Assembly: GCA_963664195.1 (NCBI GenBank)
Contig: OY760907.1
Span: 2,016,001 to 2,080,000 of the forward strand
DNA from: an uncultured candidate division Zixibacteria bacterium
GTDB lineage: Bacteria > Zixibacteria > MSB-5A5 > GN15 > FEB-12
DNA length: 64,000 bases
Direction: 5' to 3'
Part shown: positions 26,615 through 35,733 of the stretch, piece after piece
Layout of the letters: every line of letters begins with the position of its first letter
Numbering within the stretch: the first letter of the stretch is position 1
Made by a program: the position numbers and the translations under genes
The notes under the pieces: model-generated
The model's input: the letters and a program-made list of their open reading frames with translations, nothing else
The model's database searches: none
What the model was told of the DNA's origin: nothing

Positions 26615-29404
26615 ATGAAAAAGACCTTGAGAATTATTCTACCGATTTTGAGCGTCCTTGCTGTTGCGCTCTGCCTGATTTCGACTTCTGAGGCACGACT
26701 CCAGTCAGAATCAACACCGTACGCACTCCCCGGCACCGCAGCGACCGGTGGCACGGAGGGGGGCGATGGCCCGCTGAGGACTCCTGCGCTCAACATTCAG
26801 GACGTAATCCTGCACAGCCAGGGCAACCTCATTACCACTATTCATAACTTTGGACTGGTTGGCGGTCTCAGCGACATCGGCGCACCTTCGGGTAGATGGC
26901 CAGCCAATAGCGGCCATGACTACGTCGCAGAGATCAAGTACTGGATGGGTGCTGTAACAGCCGCCGGCGACACGCTGGTTGCCAATACCGATCAAGACTT
27001 CAGAGGCATGGCGATTCCGGAATTAAGTCCGTCGGGTCTCGAAGGTCCGAGCATTCTCCTGTCTACTGATTCCTCTCGCTACTGGGACTGGAATCCGAGT
27101 GACACTACCGGGCAGTCAGGCGGCAATCCGGCCGGCGGCTGGAGAGTCTGGGATCCGGACCGGCAGGAAATGGTCTACCAGGAAAATTACAACCCGTTTG
27201 ATTCCTCCTATTTCCAGGGCGGTCCGATTGGCGTGCAGCAATCACACTATCTCTTTAACGACGCTAATCTCGGTCGTCCTCTGCTGGGTCTCGAGATGAC
27301 CCACACAGTGTTGCAGTGGAACTACTGCTATAATGAGGACTTCCTTTTCTTCATCATAGAAATCACAAACAATTCCGACGAGGACTACAATGATTTCGCC
27401 TTCGGTCTGTACGTGGACCTTGATGTAGGTGGCCCGGCCGCAGGTGGGGAAGGCAACGGCCGACTCGGTGATCTTGTCGCCTGCGACGTTGACCAGAATC
27501 TTGCCTGGACTTACGACGCCGACGGATATGATCCGGGCTGGGGACCAGAGGTCGAGACCGGCATCATGGGCACCAAATACTTAGAGACCCCCGACGACAT
27601 CGGCATGACCGCTTTCCGATCTGGCGAGTGGGATTTGCTGCCGGCGTTTGACCCGGGCCGTTACGAATTGATTGCCAGTGAGCAGTTCGACGAGTCCGAC
27701 GAACCGTTAGACCAATACTATATTCAGTGTACACGCGGCATCAATCTCGAAGCCGGCAAGACAGTGCGCGTTGTGTACGCGCTGATCGCCGGAGCAGACG
27801 AGGCTGATTTCCGAGCTAACGCTGACCTGGCTCAAGATCTGTACGACAGCCATTTCATCGGTCCGGAACCGCCTCCCGCTCCGACACTGCGAGTCGAGGC
27901 CGGTGATGAAAAAGCGTACGTCTATTGGGATGATGTTGCCCAGGACGAGTCACTGGATCCGTTCTCCGGACAAAATGACTTTGGCGGATACAAGTTGTAC
28001 CGAAGCAATGATCGTGGATTGACATGGGGGACGCCGATTTACTGGACCGGCAATACCTGTCATTCAGAAGACTATAAGCCGATCTCACAGTGGACCGCCG
28101 TCACTTCCAGCGATCTGATGCCAAGTTCCTATATTGATTCCGGACTCATCAACGGCGTAGAGTATTGGTACTCTCTGGTTGCCTTTGATACCGGATCGAT
28201 TGACCTGGGAGTCGATGCTCTCCAGTGTGGGTACGGGACTCCCGGAGTCTCCACCAACGCGGTGAGTATCACGCCCCGGACCGACCCGGCCGGATCGTAC
28301 GAGTCCGCGGGCACGGTTAGCCGCAGTTATGACGGCATCTACGAGCAGTCTGCCGGTGAGTGCTATCCAACGGTCTTCCGCGATGCTGATCTGGTTGGTG
28401 CGGATTACCGAGTGGTCTTTGAGGATACGCCTCAAAGAACCTACTGGCACCTGATCAACGAGACTACCGGTGACACGGTGCTTGCGAATCAAACGGAGTA
28501 TCCGTCTGACCCCAATCAGTTTGAGGTGGTCGAGGGCCTTCGTGTTGTCATGCGTAATGCCGACCACACACCGTCGGCCGCAGGTCAATCCGTTCTGACC
28601 GGAGACAATCCTACGCTTACGCTCGGCGCGTATTACGGTCTTTCAATACCCGCCTTGACTGACGATCAATCGCAGATATACGGCGACGAACATTGTCGAA
28701 CCGATTACGAACTGCGATACACCGGTGATTCTACTCTGGCTCCGTCGGCCTACGAAGGTTTCGGATGGGCTGACCCGGTTTGCTGGATTCCGTTCGAGGT
28801 CTGGAACATGCGGACCAACGAACGCGTTTCGCTTGCGGTTGCGGAGCCCAACTTCTCTTATGACGGTGTCTGGCAACCCTGGGAACCAATGGCCATCGTC
28901 AATTATCCGTATGACCCGTCTCAGAATCTTACGGCGGAGGCGTTCCCGTATTACTTCTCGTGGTTGTTCTCATTTGATTGGGAAACGTATGCCCCGGCCG
29001 TTGGCGACGTATTCACTTTTATAGGTCCGTTGCTCAACAGTCCTAACGATGAGTTTACGTTCAGTGTCGACGGCATCAACCCTGCTAAGGCAAAGGAAGC
29101 CCTCAGCGAGGTTCGGGTCGTGCCCGATCCGTATTACGCTACTTCTGCAGGTACATACAATACATGGGAGGATCAGGAAGGGGAGAACGTTCTGCAGTTC
29201 CAGAACGTGCCCGATAAGTGTACGATACGTATTTACACTCTCGCGGGCGATCTGATTCGCACTCTTGAAAATACTGATGGTTCCGGGACAATTGTCTGGG
29301 ATATGCTCACCGACGGACAACGATTGATTGCTTCGGGAATATACATCTATCACCTTGAATCTGAGTACGGTAATCGGCTGGGCCGGTTTGCCGTAGTTAA
29401 GTGA
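26615..29404 (+). CDS. Large secreted protein with FN3-like region and T9SS-like C-terminal sorting domain
   Basis: Signal peptide; PPPAP.L...DFGGYKLYRS..LINGVEYWY; tail VRVVPDPY...CTIRIYTLAGDLIRTL..W..IASGIYIY...FAVVK. Confidence 0.8.
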   Translation: MKKTLRIILPILSVLAVALCLISTSEARLQSESTPYALPGTAATGGTEGGDGPLRTPALNIQDVILHSQGNLITTIHNFGLVGGLSDIGAPSGRWPANSGHDYVAEIKYWMGAVTAAGDTLVANTDQDFRGMAIPELSPSGLEGPSILLSTDSSRYWDWNPSDTTGQSGGNPAGGWRVWDPDRQEMVYQENYNPFDSSYFQGGPIGVQQSHYLFNDANLGRPLLGLEMTHTVLQWNYCYNEDFLFFIIEITNNSDEDYNDFAFGLYVDLDVGGPAAGGEGNGRLGDLVACDVDQNLAWTYDADGYDPGWGPEVETGIMGTKYLETPDDIGMTAFRSGEWDLLPAFDPGRYELIASEQFDESDEPLDQYYIQCTRGINLEAGKTVRVVYALIAGADEADFRANADLAQDLYDSHFIGPEPPPAPTLRVEAGDEKAYVYWDDVAQDESLDPFSGQNDFGGYKLYRSNDRGLTWGTPIYWTGNTCHSEDYKPISQWTAVTSSDLMPSSYIDSGLINGVEYWYSLVAFDTGSIDLGVDALQCGYGTPGVSTNAVSITPRTDPAGSYESAGTVSRSYDGIYEQSAGECYPTVFRDADLVGADYRVVFEDTPQRTYWHLINETTGDTVLANQTEYPSDPNQFEVVEGLRVVMRNADHTPSAAGQSVLTGDNPTLTLGAYYGLSIPALTDDQSQIYGDEHCRTDYELRYTGDSTLAPSAYEGFGWADPVCWIPFEVWNMRTNERVSLAVAEPNFSYDGVWQPWEPMAIVNYPYDPSQNLTAEAFPYYFSWLFSFDWETYAPAVGDVFTFIGPLLNSPNDEFTFSVDGINPAKAKEALSEVRVVPDPYYATSAGTYNTWEDQEGENVLQFQNVPDKCTIRIYTLAGDLIRTLENTDGSGTIVWDMLTDGQRLIASGIYIYHLESEYGNRLGRFAVVK

Positions 29405-29415
29405 TGGAGGCCACC

Positions 29416-30414
29416 ATGAGAAGACTCATAATACTGATGGTTATCATGGCGTTGGCCGGAACGGCTTTGGCCGATGAGCGGCAGGTTGGCTCCGCCGGCG
29501 CGCAGTTTCTTAAGATTGGCGTTGGCTCCAAGTACCAGGGAATGGCCGAAGCCTCGGTTGCTTCCGTCAACGACGTCTATTCGCTGTATTGGAATCCGGC
29601 CGGTATGGTCGAGGTCGAGAACTGGGCGGTCGGTTTCACCAACGTGAACTGGCTGCTGGATATTGACCTGAACTACGTTGGCATTGCTCGCAAGTTTGAA
29701 GATGTCGGTACGTTTGGTGTCTCGGTCACTGTGCTCTCGACAGGAGAGCAGGAGATCACCACCGTGGATCAGCAGGACGGCACCGGCCAGACGTATTCTG
29801 CGTCATCATACGCAATCGGGCTTTCGTATGCCCGACAGCTCACGAACCGCTTCGCGTTTGGCGTCACCGGCAAACTCCTGGGGGAGAAGATCGGCAAAGT
29901 TGATGCCCGGGGTATGGCGTTTGACTTCGGTACCCTGTTGTACACGGGATTCGAGAGTCTGAGACTCGGCATGTCTATCAGCAATATGGGACCGGATATG
30001 AAATTCACCGGCACGGGTCTCCAGGTGCCCTACGATCCCAATGATGGTAACGACAACAACACGGCCGTCGATGCCCAGTTGGCGACCAATGATTATAACC
30101 TGCCCATGACCTTCCGGGTCGGGCTGGCCTATGACGTTCCGGTTGGTCCGAGATCTATTCTGACGCTCTCCAGTGAGTTCAAGCACCCCAACGACAACGT
30201 CCAGCAGGGCTCGTTCGGCGGACAGTTTGCCTACAACGAGCAGTTCTTCCTTCGTGGCGGATACAAGATCAACTACGATGAAGAAACCTTGGCTCTCGGC
30301 GGCGGTTTGGACACGAAAGTCACCGGAGACACGCGCTTGATGATTGATTACTCGTGGCAGGATTTTGGACGCCTGGAATCAACACAGAGATTTTCGGTGG
30401 GATTTACGTTCTAA
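29416..30414 (+). CDS. PorV/PorQ-family outer membrane protein
   Basis: AQFLKIGVG..GMAEA..YWNPAG; LPMTFRVG; C-terminal Phe. ATG 29416 follows GGAGG. Confidence 0.88.
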   Translation: MRRLIILMVIMALAGTALADERQVGSAGAQFLKIGVGSKYQGMAEASVASVNDVYSLYWNPAGMVEVENWAVGFTNVNWLLDIDLNYVGIARKFEDVGTFGVSVTVLSTGEQEITTVDQQDGTGQTYSASSYAIGLSYARQLTNRFAFGVTGKLLGEKIGKVDARGMAFDFGTLLYTGFESLRLGMSISNMGPDMKFTGTGLQVPYDPNDGNDNNTAVDAQLATNDYNLPMTFRVGLAYDVPVGPRSILTLSSEFKHPNDNVQQGSFGGQFAYNEQFFLRGGYKINYDEETLALGGGLDTKVTGDTRLMIDYSWQDFGRLESTQRFSVGFTF

Positions 30415-30431
30415 ATCCGCCTTCACCATAT

Positions 30432-30460
30432 GAAAGCCCGCCTTTGGCGGGCTTTTTTTT
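30432..30460 (+). terminator. Intrinsic terminator
   Basis: AAAGCCCGCC-TTT-GGCGGGC plus T8. Confidence 0.85.
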
Positions 30461-30531
30461 CGTCCGATCTGGACACGCAGGGTAAAACTGGTTATACTGA
30501 CGTAGGTCCATTCACAGCAGGGAAACTAATA

Positions 30532-32145
30532 ATGAGTCTAGTGAGAAGTCGTGTCTATGTTCTGGGGTTGACAATCCTTTTGTTAGCCTCGAGTCTGAGT
30601 GCTCAATCCCACAGCAGTAACCGCCAGGATCAGAATTCAGGTGGTCTGCCTACTCTTACGCAATATTTCGAGCTTCTTGAGTTCGACAATCTCGATATCG
30701 CCAGGGATTTGTGGACACCGGAAGCTCTCGAACGGTCTGGACGGTTCGGGATCACCTTCGCCGATATTCCGCTGAAAGTCGACTGTGGTTCGCCGATCAT
30801 TCGCAATCTGGATGTCATGCGTTACAACCTCCAGCCGCCCGTCAGGAGACATACGCCAATCAATGGTGGTGCGTGGAGTCGACTCGATTTCTCGCGTGTA
30901 GTCGGGAGTTCCAGTGTGAAGTACTCCTATTTTGCCGAAAAACGGGGCGATTGGTACTGGCTGGGTTATCCGCAGGATTGCTGGGGCGGTGCCTGGGATG
31001 TAGTCGAGAGCAAATACTTCCGCGTGCACGTGCATCCGGATGTTGCCGAATACGTCAATCAACCGACTCTTGATGAAGCGGACCTGTTTATCGAGGCAAT
31101 GATTGATACGCTCGACATCTCCAAGGAAATGCGCAAACAGATCGAAGAAAAAAAGATCGAGTATTTCTACTGCGCCTCCGACACGGTGGTCGAGGAGATC
31201 ACCGGTCATCGGGTCAAAGGCACCATGGATATGGCCTCCAACGATGTTATCTCCGCGGTCTTTCCTCATTTCCACGAAATCATGCATTTGCTGATCAACA
31301 TTAAGCTGCAGGAACTGCCGCTGTACACGCTGCCGATCATGCGCGAGGGTATCGCGGTGCGCTACGGTGGTCGCTGGGGAAAGAAGAGCACTGCCCTGAT
31401 GGAACTCGGCGTGTTTCTGTATCGCGAGAAACTGGTAGAGCTTGATTCCGTTCTCACCATGTCAGGCTTTGATACTGAAACCGGCGCGGATATCGTTTAT
31501 CCGGTGGCCGGTGTTTTCAACGCATATCTTCTAGAGGAACTCGGACTGGAAAAGACGCTCAACCTGTATCTCCAGATGTCCGGTCGTTTCGATGATCTGG
31601 CGCAGTTGACCTCGTCTGACATTAAGAACATCATCATCGGTGTTACCGGTCATGATGATTGGGCAGCACTGATTGCCGACTTCGACAAGTATGTCGAGGA
31701 GCAAATATCGAAGCACTCCTTCGCCCTTCCGGGTGAGTTGGAAAAAGGCAAGACCATCCTCACTGCTGAAAGTCTGGTGGTGAAGGAAGACAAGCACTGG
31801 CTTGGCTTTGAATTCACGCCTCCGAAGATTGACGGTCTGAATGGATCGAACTTCCTGTTTGACAGAAACGATGCGCTCGTTGGGCAGCAGTCATCGCTTT
31901 TTGAGGAACACTACGGGGATGCTCAGGAATTCAGCGGCTATCGTTACAGTGTCCGAGTGGACCAGAACGAGGCCGGCCTGTACGACTACGTGACCAACCA
32001 ACTCATCGCCAAGTACATCTGGGGCATCACACCTTCGGATGAGTATTACGATGCTGAGAGCAATCGAATTACGGTGCGATTCAGAAAAGAACTGCTCGGG
32101 AAGGAGAAACCCAGGCAGGACGACTTCATCCTGTTGCCTATGTAG
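30532..32145 (+). CDS. Secreted protein with gluzincin-like HExxH...E motif
   Basis: Signal peptide from ATG 30532; FHEIMHLL followed by MREGIAV. Confidence 0.65.
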   Translation: MSLVRSRVYVLGLTILLLASSLSAQSHSSNRQDQNSGGLPTLTQYFELLEFDNLDIARDLWTPEALERSGRFGITFADIPLKVDCGSPIIRNLDVMRYNLQPPVRRHTPINGGAWSRLDFSRVVGSSSVKYSYFAEKRGDWYWLGYPQDCWGGAWDVVESKYFRVHVHPDVAEYVNQPTLDEADLFIEAMIDTLDISKEMRKQIEEKKIEYFYCASDTVVEEITGHRVKGTMDMASNDVISAVFPHFHEIMHLLINIKLQELPLYTLPIMREGIAVRYGGRWGKKSTALMELGVFLYREKLVELDSVLTMSGFDTETGADIVYPVAGVFNAYLLEELGLEKTLNLYLQMSGRFDDLAQLTSSDIKNIIIGVTGHDDWAALIADFDKYVEEQISKHSFALPGELEKGKTILTAESLVVKEDKHWLGFEFTPPKIDGLNGSNFLFDRNDALVGQQSSLFEEHYGDAQEFSGYRYSVRVDQNEAGLYDYVTNQLIAKYIWGITPSDEYYDAESNRITVRFRKELLGKEKPRQDDFILLPM

Positions 32146-32188
32146 GGGGGGCGAGTCGGCGCCGCGACCGGACAGCGGTCTTGCATAA

Positions 32189-33289
32189 ATGGACACTTAC
32201 ACGACTCTGACGCTCGGATTACTTGCGATTGTATGCGCTTTGCTGGTTTGGCTGGGGGTGCAGCTGCAAAAGTTGCGTGCCACCGGCGATGCGGAACGAT
32301 TGAGAACGACTGTCGAGTTGATGGGCGCCGAACTCATGGGCCGTCAGTCCGAATCCCTGCTCTCACTGCGCGATTCTCTGGACAACGCCAACAAGGTGCT
32401 CAATGACAGGCTGGCCGAGGGCACCAGCAGCCTGGATCGCCGCATGACCGTTCTGGGGGAGATAGAGAACCGCCTCGGGCAACTTGCCATTCAGACAGAG
32501 CACATTGAAGACGTTGGCAAGAACATCCAGTCACTGTCCGAGTTGCTGAGACCGCCCAATCTTCGCGGCAACGTCGGCGAGCAGCTCCTCGAAAACCTTC
32601 TGGCCCAGATACTGCCTCGCTCAATGTACCACACGCAATATCGTTTCACCAACGGCGTGCGGGTCGATGCTGCTATCGCACTGGCCGACCGGCTGCTCCC
32701 GGTCGATGCCAAGTTCCCTCTGGATGCATTTGAACGTCTGCGCGTGAGTCCGGACGACAGCGCTCTCCAGAAGGATTTCGCTCGTGCATTCAAGATTCAT
32801 GTCGATGCTATCGCAAACAAATACATCCAGCCGCACGAGAAGACAACCGATTTTGCCGTCATGTATATCCCTGCCGAGGCGGTGTACTATCAGTTGATCT
32901 CGCAGGATAACCAGGGTGGCCTCGACTACGCTCTTTCGCGTCGTGTCATCCCCAGTTCTCCCGGTCACCTTTACGCTTTCCTGGCTTCGGTTGCCACGCT
33001 GTATGCCGAGTTGTCTCTGGCGGGAGCTGGATTGACCGATCAATCACGACAACTAATCGCAGGTCTTAACAAGTTGGTTGAAACCACAGACCGTCTGGCC
33101 CGGTTTCATGAGAAGATGGACGGGTCACTGCGCGGACTTGGTGCCGGGTTTGACAGGGCCAAGAAAGAGCTGGGGGAAGCTCGTCTGCAACTTGAGAAGC
33201 TGCGGGAACCGTTTAACGGCAACGAGGACGGCACGACGCCAGCAGACGGCGAACTGAAAGCGGCTGAGACGAAAGAGACAGAAGCGTAA
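32189..33289 (+). CDS. rmuC: DNA recombination protein RmuC
   Basis: N-terminal TM, coiled coil, RGNVGE..LE, VDAKFP, TTDFAVMYIPAEAVY. Confidence 0.93.
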   Translation: MDTYTTLTLGLLAIVCALLVWLGVQLQKLRATGDAERLRTTVELMGAELMGRQSESLLSLRDSLDNANKVLNDRLAEGTSSLDRRMTVLGEIENRLGQLAIQTEHIEDVGKNIQSLSELLRPPNLRGNVGEQLLENLLAQILPRSMYHTQYRFTNGVRVDAAIALADRLLPVDAKFPLDAFERLRVSPDDSALQKDFARAFKIHVDAIANKYIQPHEKTTDFAVMYIPAEAVYYQLISQDNQGGLDYALSRRVIPSSPGHLYAFLASVATLYAELSLAGAGLTDQSRQLIAGLNKLVETTDRLARFHEKMDGSLRGLGAGFDRAKKELGEARLQLEKLREPFNGNEDGTTPADGELKAAETKETEA

Positions 33290-33313
33290 GCTCCAAACGA
33301 GGGGAAACAGAAA

Positions 33314-34714
33314 TTGCCCGCAAAAGACTATGACCTCATCGTTATCGGTTCCGGCCCGGCGGGGGAGAAGGCCGCAATTGAAGCTTCTAAGCTCCGCAAG
33401 TCTGTAGCTATCATCGAACGCAAGTCGGTCCAGGGCGGTGTTTGCCTTCATACCGGAACAATCCCCTCAAAAACGCTTCGCGAGACTGTTCTCTACATGT
33501 CGGGACTTCGCCAGCGCTCCGTCTATGGTCTCGTGGGACCCGGACGGCGGAGTCTAACGATCAGTGAACTGATGTACCGAAAAAGTCAAGTCATCCAACA
33601 GGAGCTTGATGTCATCCAGCAGAACATGGCCCGCCACCGTATTGAAGTCATTTCCGGCGCCGGCACAATTTCCGCACCGGACACGGTGGTTGTCTCGCGC
33701 AGCAATGCTGACCAACGAGTGATCAAGTCCGAATGCATTATCATTGCCACCGGCACCCGGTCACATCGTCCTGAGAACATCGATTTCGACAGCAAATTTA
33801 TCTACGATTCTGAGACTATCCTTGACCTGGATGTCATCCCTCGTACCATGACCATCGTCGGCGGTGGCGTGATCGGTTGTGAATACGCCTCTATCTTCTC
33901 CCACCTCGGCATCCGGGTCACCATCGTTGATTCTCGTGACTCGCTGTTGAGCTTCCTCGATGATGAGATCGCTGAGGCGCTGACCTATCTCATGCGCAAG
34001 TATGGTGTCACACTTGTCCTCGGCGACACCCCGCAGGATGTGTACGTCGAGGATGGCCAGGTAGTGACTGTTGCCAAATCGGGTCGAAAGATCGTATCGG
34101 AGAGGCTGCTCTATGCCGCCGGACGCTGCGGTAACACGGAGAACCTCGGCCTGCAGAACCTTGGCATCGAATGCAACTCCCGCGGACTGATCAAAGTCAA
34201 CGAGCGGTATCGTACAAGCGTACCGTCGATATACGCAGTAGGTGACGTCATAGGGTTCCCCTCGCTTGCCTCGGTTTCTATGGACCAGGGCCGCCTGGCG
34301 GCTATCCATGCCTTCAACAAGAGCGACATCTCGTGCCTCAATACGCTGCTACCGTTCGGGATTTACACTATCCCCGAAGTCTCGCTCATAGGTGAAACGG
34401 AAAGAGGGCTGGCTGCCGCCGGCCATGACTACGAGATTGGCGTCGCACGGTATTTCGAACTTGCCCGGGGTCAGATCATCAACGACCACGACGGTCTTCT
34501 CAAGCTCATTTTTGACCGCAAATCAAAACGTCTTCTCGGGGTTCACATAATAGGCGAGCGAGCCACCGAGCTTATCCATGTCGGACAGGCGGTGATGACT
34601 CACGGCGGCACACTGGATTATTTCGTCGATACCGTGTTCAACTATCCGACTCTGGCCGAGGCATACAAAGTTGCAGCCATGGACGGTTTTGCGCGTCTCG
34701 AACACCGGATGTAG
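33314..34714 (+). CDS. sthA: Soluble pyridine nucleotide transhydrogenase
   Basis: GSGPAG, GGVCLHTGTIPSKTLRE (CxxxxT), GDVIGFPSLAS..MDQGR, FNYPTLAEAYKVAA. Confidence 0.93.
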   Translation: MPAKDYDLIVIGSGPAGEKAAIEASKLRKSVAIIERKSVQGGVCLHTGTIPSKTLRETVLYMSGLRQRSVYGLVGPGRRSLTISELMYRKSQVIQQELDVIQQNMARHRIEVISGAGTISAPDTVVVSRSNADQRVIKSECIIIATGTRSHRPENIDFDSKFIYDSETILDLDVIPRTMTIVGGGVIGCEYASIFSHLGIRVTIVDSRDSLLSFLDDEIAEALTYLMRKYGVTLVLGDTPQDVYVEDGQVVTVAKSGRKIVSERLLYAAGRCGNTENLGLQNLGIECNSRGLIKVNERYRTSVPSIYAVGDVIGFPSLASVSMDQGRLAAIHAFNKSDISCLNTLLPFGIYTIPEVSLIGETERGLAAAGHDYEIGVARYFELARGQIINDHDGLLKLIFDRKSKRLLGVHIIGERATELIHVGQAVMTHGGTLDYFVDTVFNYPTLAEAYKVAAMDGFARLEHRM

Positions 34715-34762
34715 CCTCCGGCGTCCAATTACCCTATTTCCCTTGAGAGATCAGAGCGAGAC

Positions 34763-35359
34763 TCAGATTCGGCTGCGGCCATCGAGGGCGCGGGAGAGCG
34801 TCACCGAGTCGGCGTACTCAAGGTCAGATCCCACCGGCAGACCGCGCGCGATCCGGGTGACTTTCGGCCCCAGCGGCGTCAGCAGCTTGGAAAGATAATG
34901 CGCCGTGGCCTCGCCCTCGACATTCGGATTGGTGGCAATGATAATCTCCGCGACCTCGTCGGATATCCGGTCCATCAGTTCCCTGATCCTGAGATCATCC
35001 GGGCCGATTCCATCCAGCGGCGACAGCCGTCCCCCCAGTACGTGGAACAAGACATTGAACTCTTCCACCCGGTCCAGTGCCGCCGCGTCCATCGCTTCTT
35101 CCACCACACATATGATGTCGCGTTTTCTTCTCGGATCGGTGCAGATGGCACAGGGATCGGATTCGGAGATATTGAAGCAGACCGAACAGAACCTGACCTT
35201 GTCCTTGACCTCGTGAATCAGGTCGGCGAGTTCAAGGGCTTCCTCGCGCGTAAGTTTGAGGATATGAAAGGCCAGACGCGCGGCGGACTTGCGTCCGATT
35301 CCGGGCAGTCTGGCCAGCCAGTTTACGAGTCGATCTACGGAGTCAGCGGAGCTAAACAT
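34763..35359 (-). CDS. recR: Recombination protein RecR
   Basis: LPGIGRKSA.RLA, C4 zinc finger, Toprim ATNPNVEGEATA. Confidence 0.97.
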   Translation of the reverse strand: MFSSADSVDRLVNWLARLPGIGRKSAARLAFHILKLTREEALELADLIHEVKDKVRFCSVCFNISESDPCAICTDPRRKRDIICVVEEAMDAAALDRVEEFNVLFHVLGGRLSPLDGIGPDDLRIRELMDRISDEVAEIIIATNPNVEGEATAHYLSKLLTPLGPKVTRIARGLPVGSDLEYADSVTLSRALDGRSRI

Positions 35360-35376
35360 CAAAGTGTACTACTTGT

Positions 35377-35703
35377 CTAGAAGGGTAGGTTCAGTCCGGG
35401 GATGTTGAGTCCGCCGGTCAAACCGGACATATGTTCCTGCTGCAACTCGTTGGACTTCTCTTTGGCCTGAGTCATAGCGGCTTTGACGAGGTCCTGGAGC
35501 ATTTCGACATCTTCAGGGTCAACCACTTCCTTGTCGATCACCACGTCCTGAATGTCGCCCTTACCGTTGACCACGACCTTGACCATACCACCACCGGCCG
35601 TTCCCTCAACAGTCATATTCTCAAGCTCAGCCTGCATCTGTTCCATTTTGGCCTGCATCTGCTGAACCTGTTTCATCATGTTACCAAGTCCACCTTTACC
35701 CAT
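35377..35703 (-). CDS. ybaB: Nucleoid-associated protein YbaB/EbfC
   Basis: [25 protein letters not shown]; lies between dnaX and recR. Confidence 0.95.
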   Translation of the reverse strand: MGKGGLGNMMKQVQQMQAKMEQMQAELENMTVEGTAGGGMVKVVVNGKGDIQDVVIDKEVVDPEDVEMLQDLVKAAMTQAKEKSNELQQEHMSGLTGGLNIPGLNLPF

Positions 35704-35733
35704 TGCAAGGCTCCTCCAATATGCTAACGTTCT

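Noticed and set aside
30430..30531. Extended N-termini given by the ORF track (30430, 7006, 44525, 55768, 12077, 2179)
   Set aside because: They overlap terminators, promoters or neighbouring genes; downstream ATGs have better RBS and signal-peptide context.
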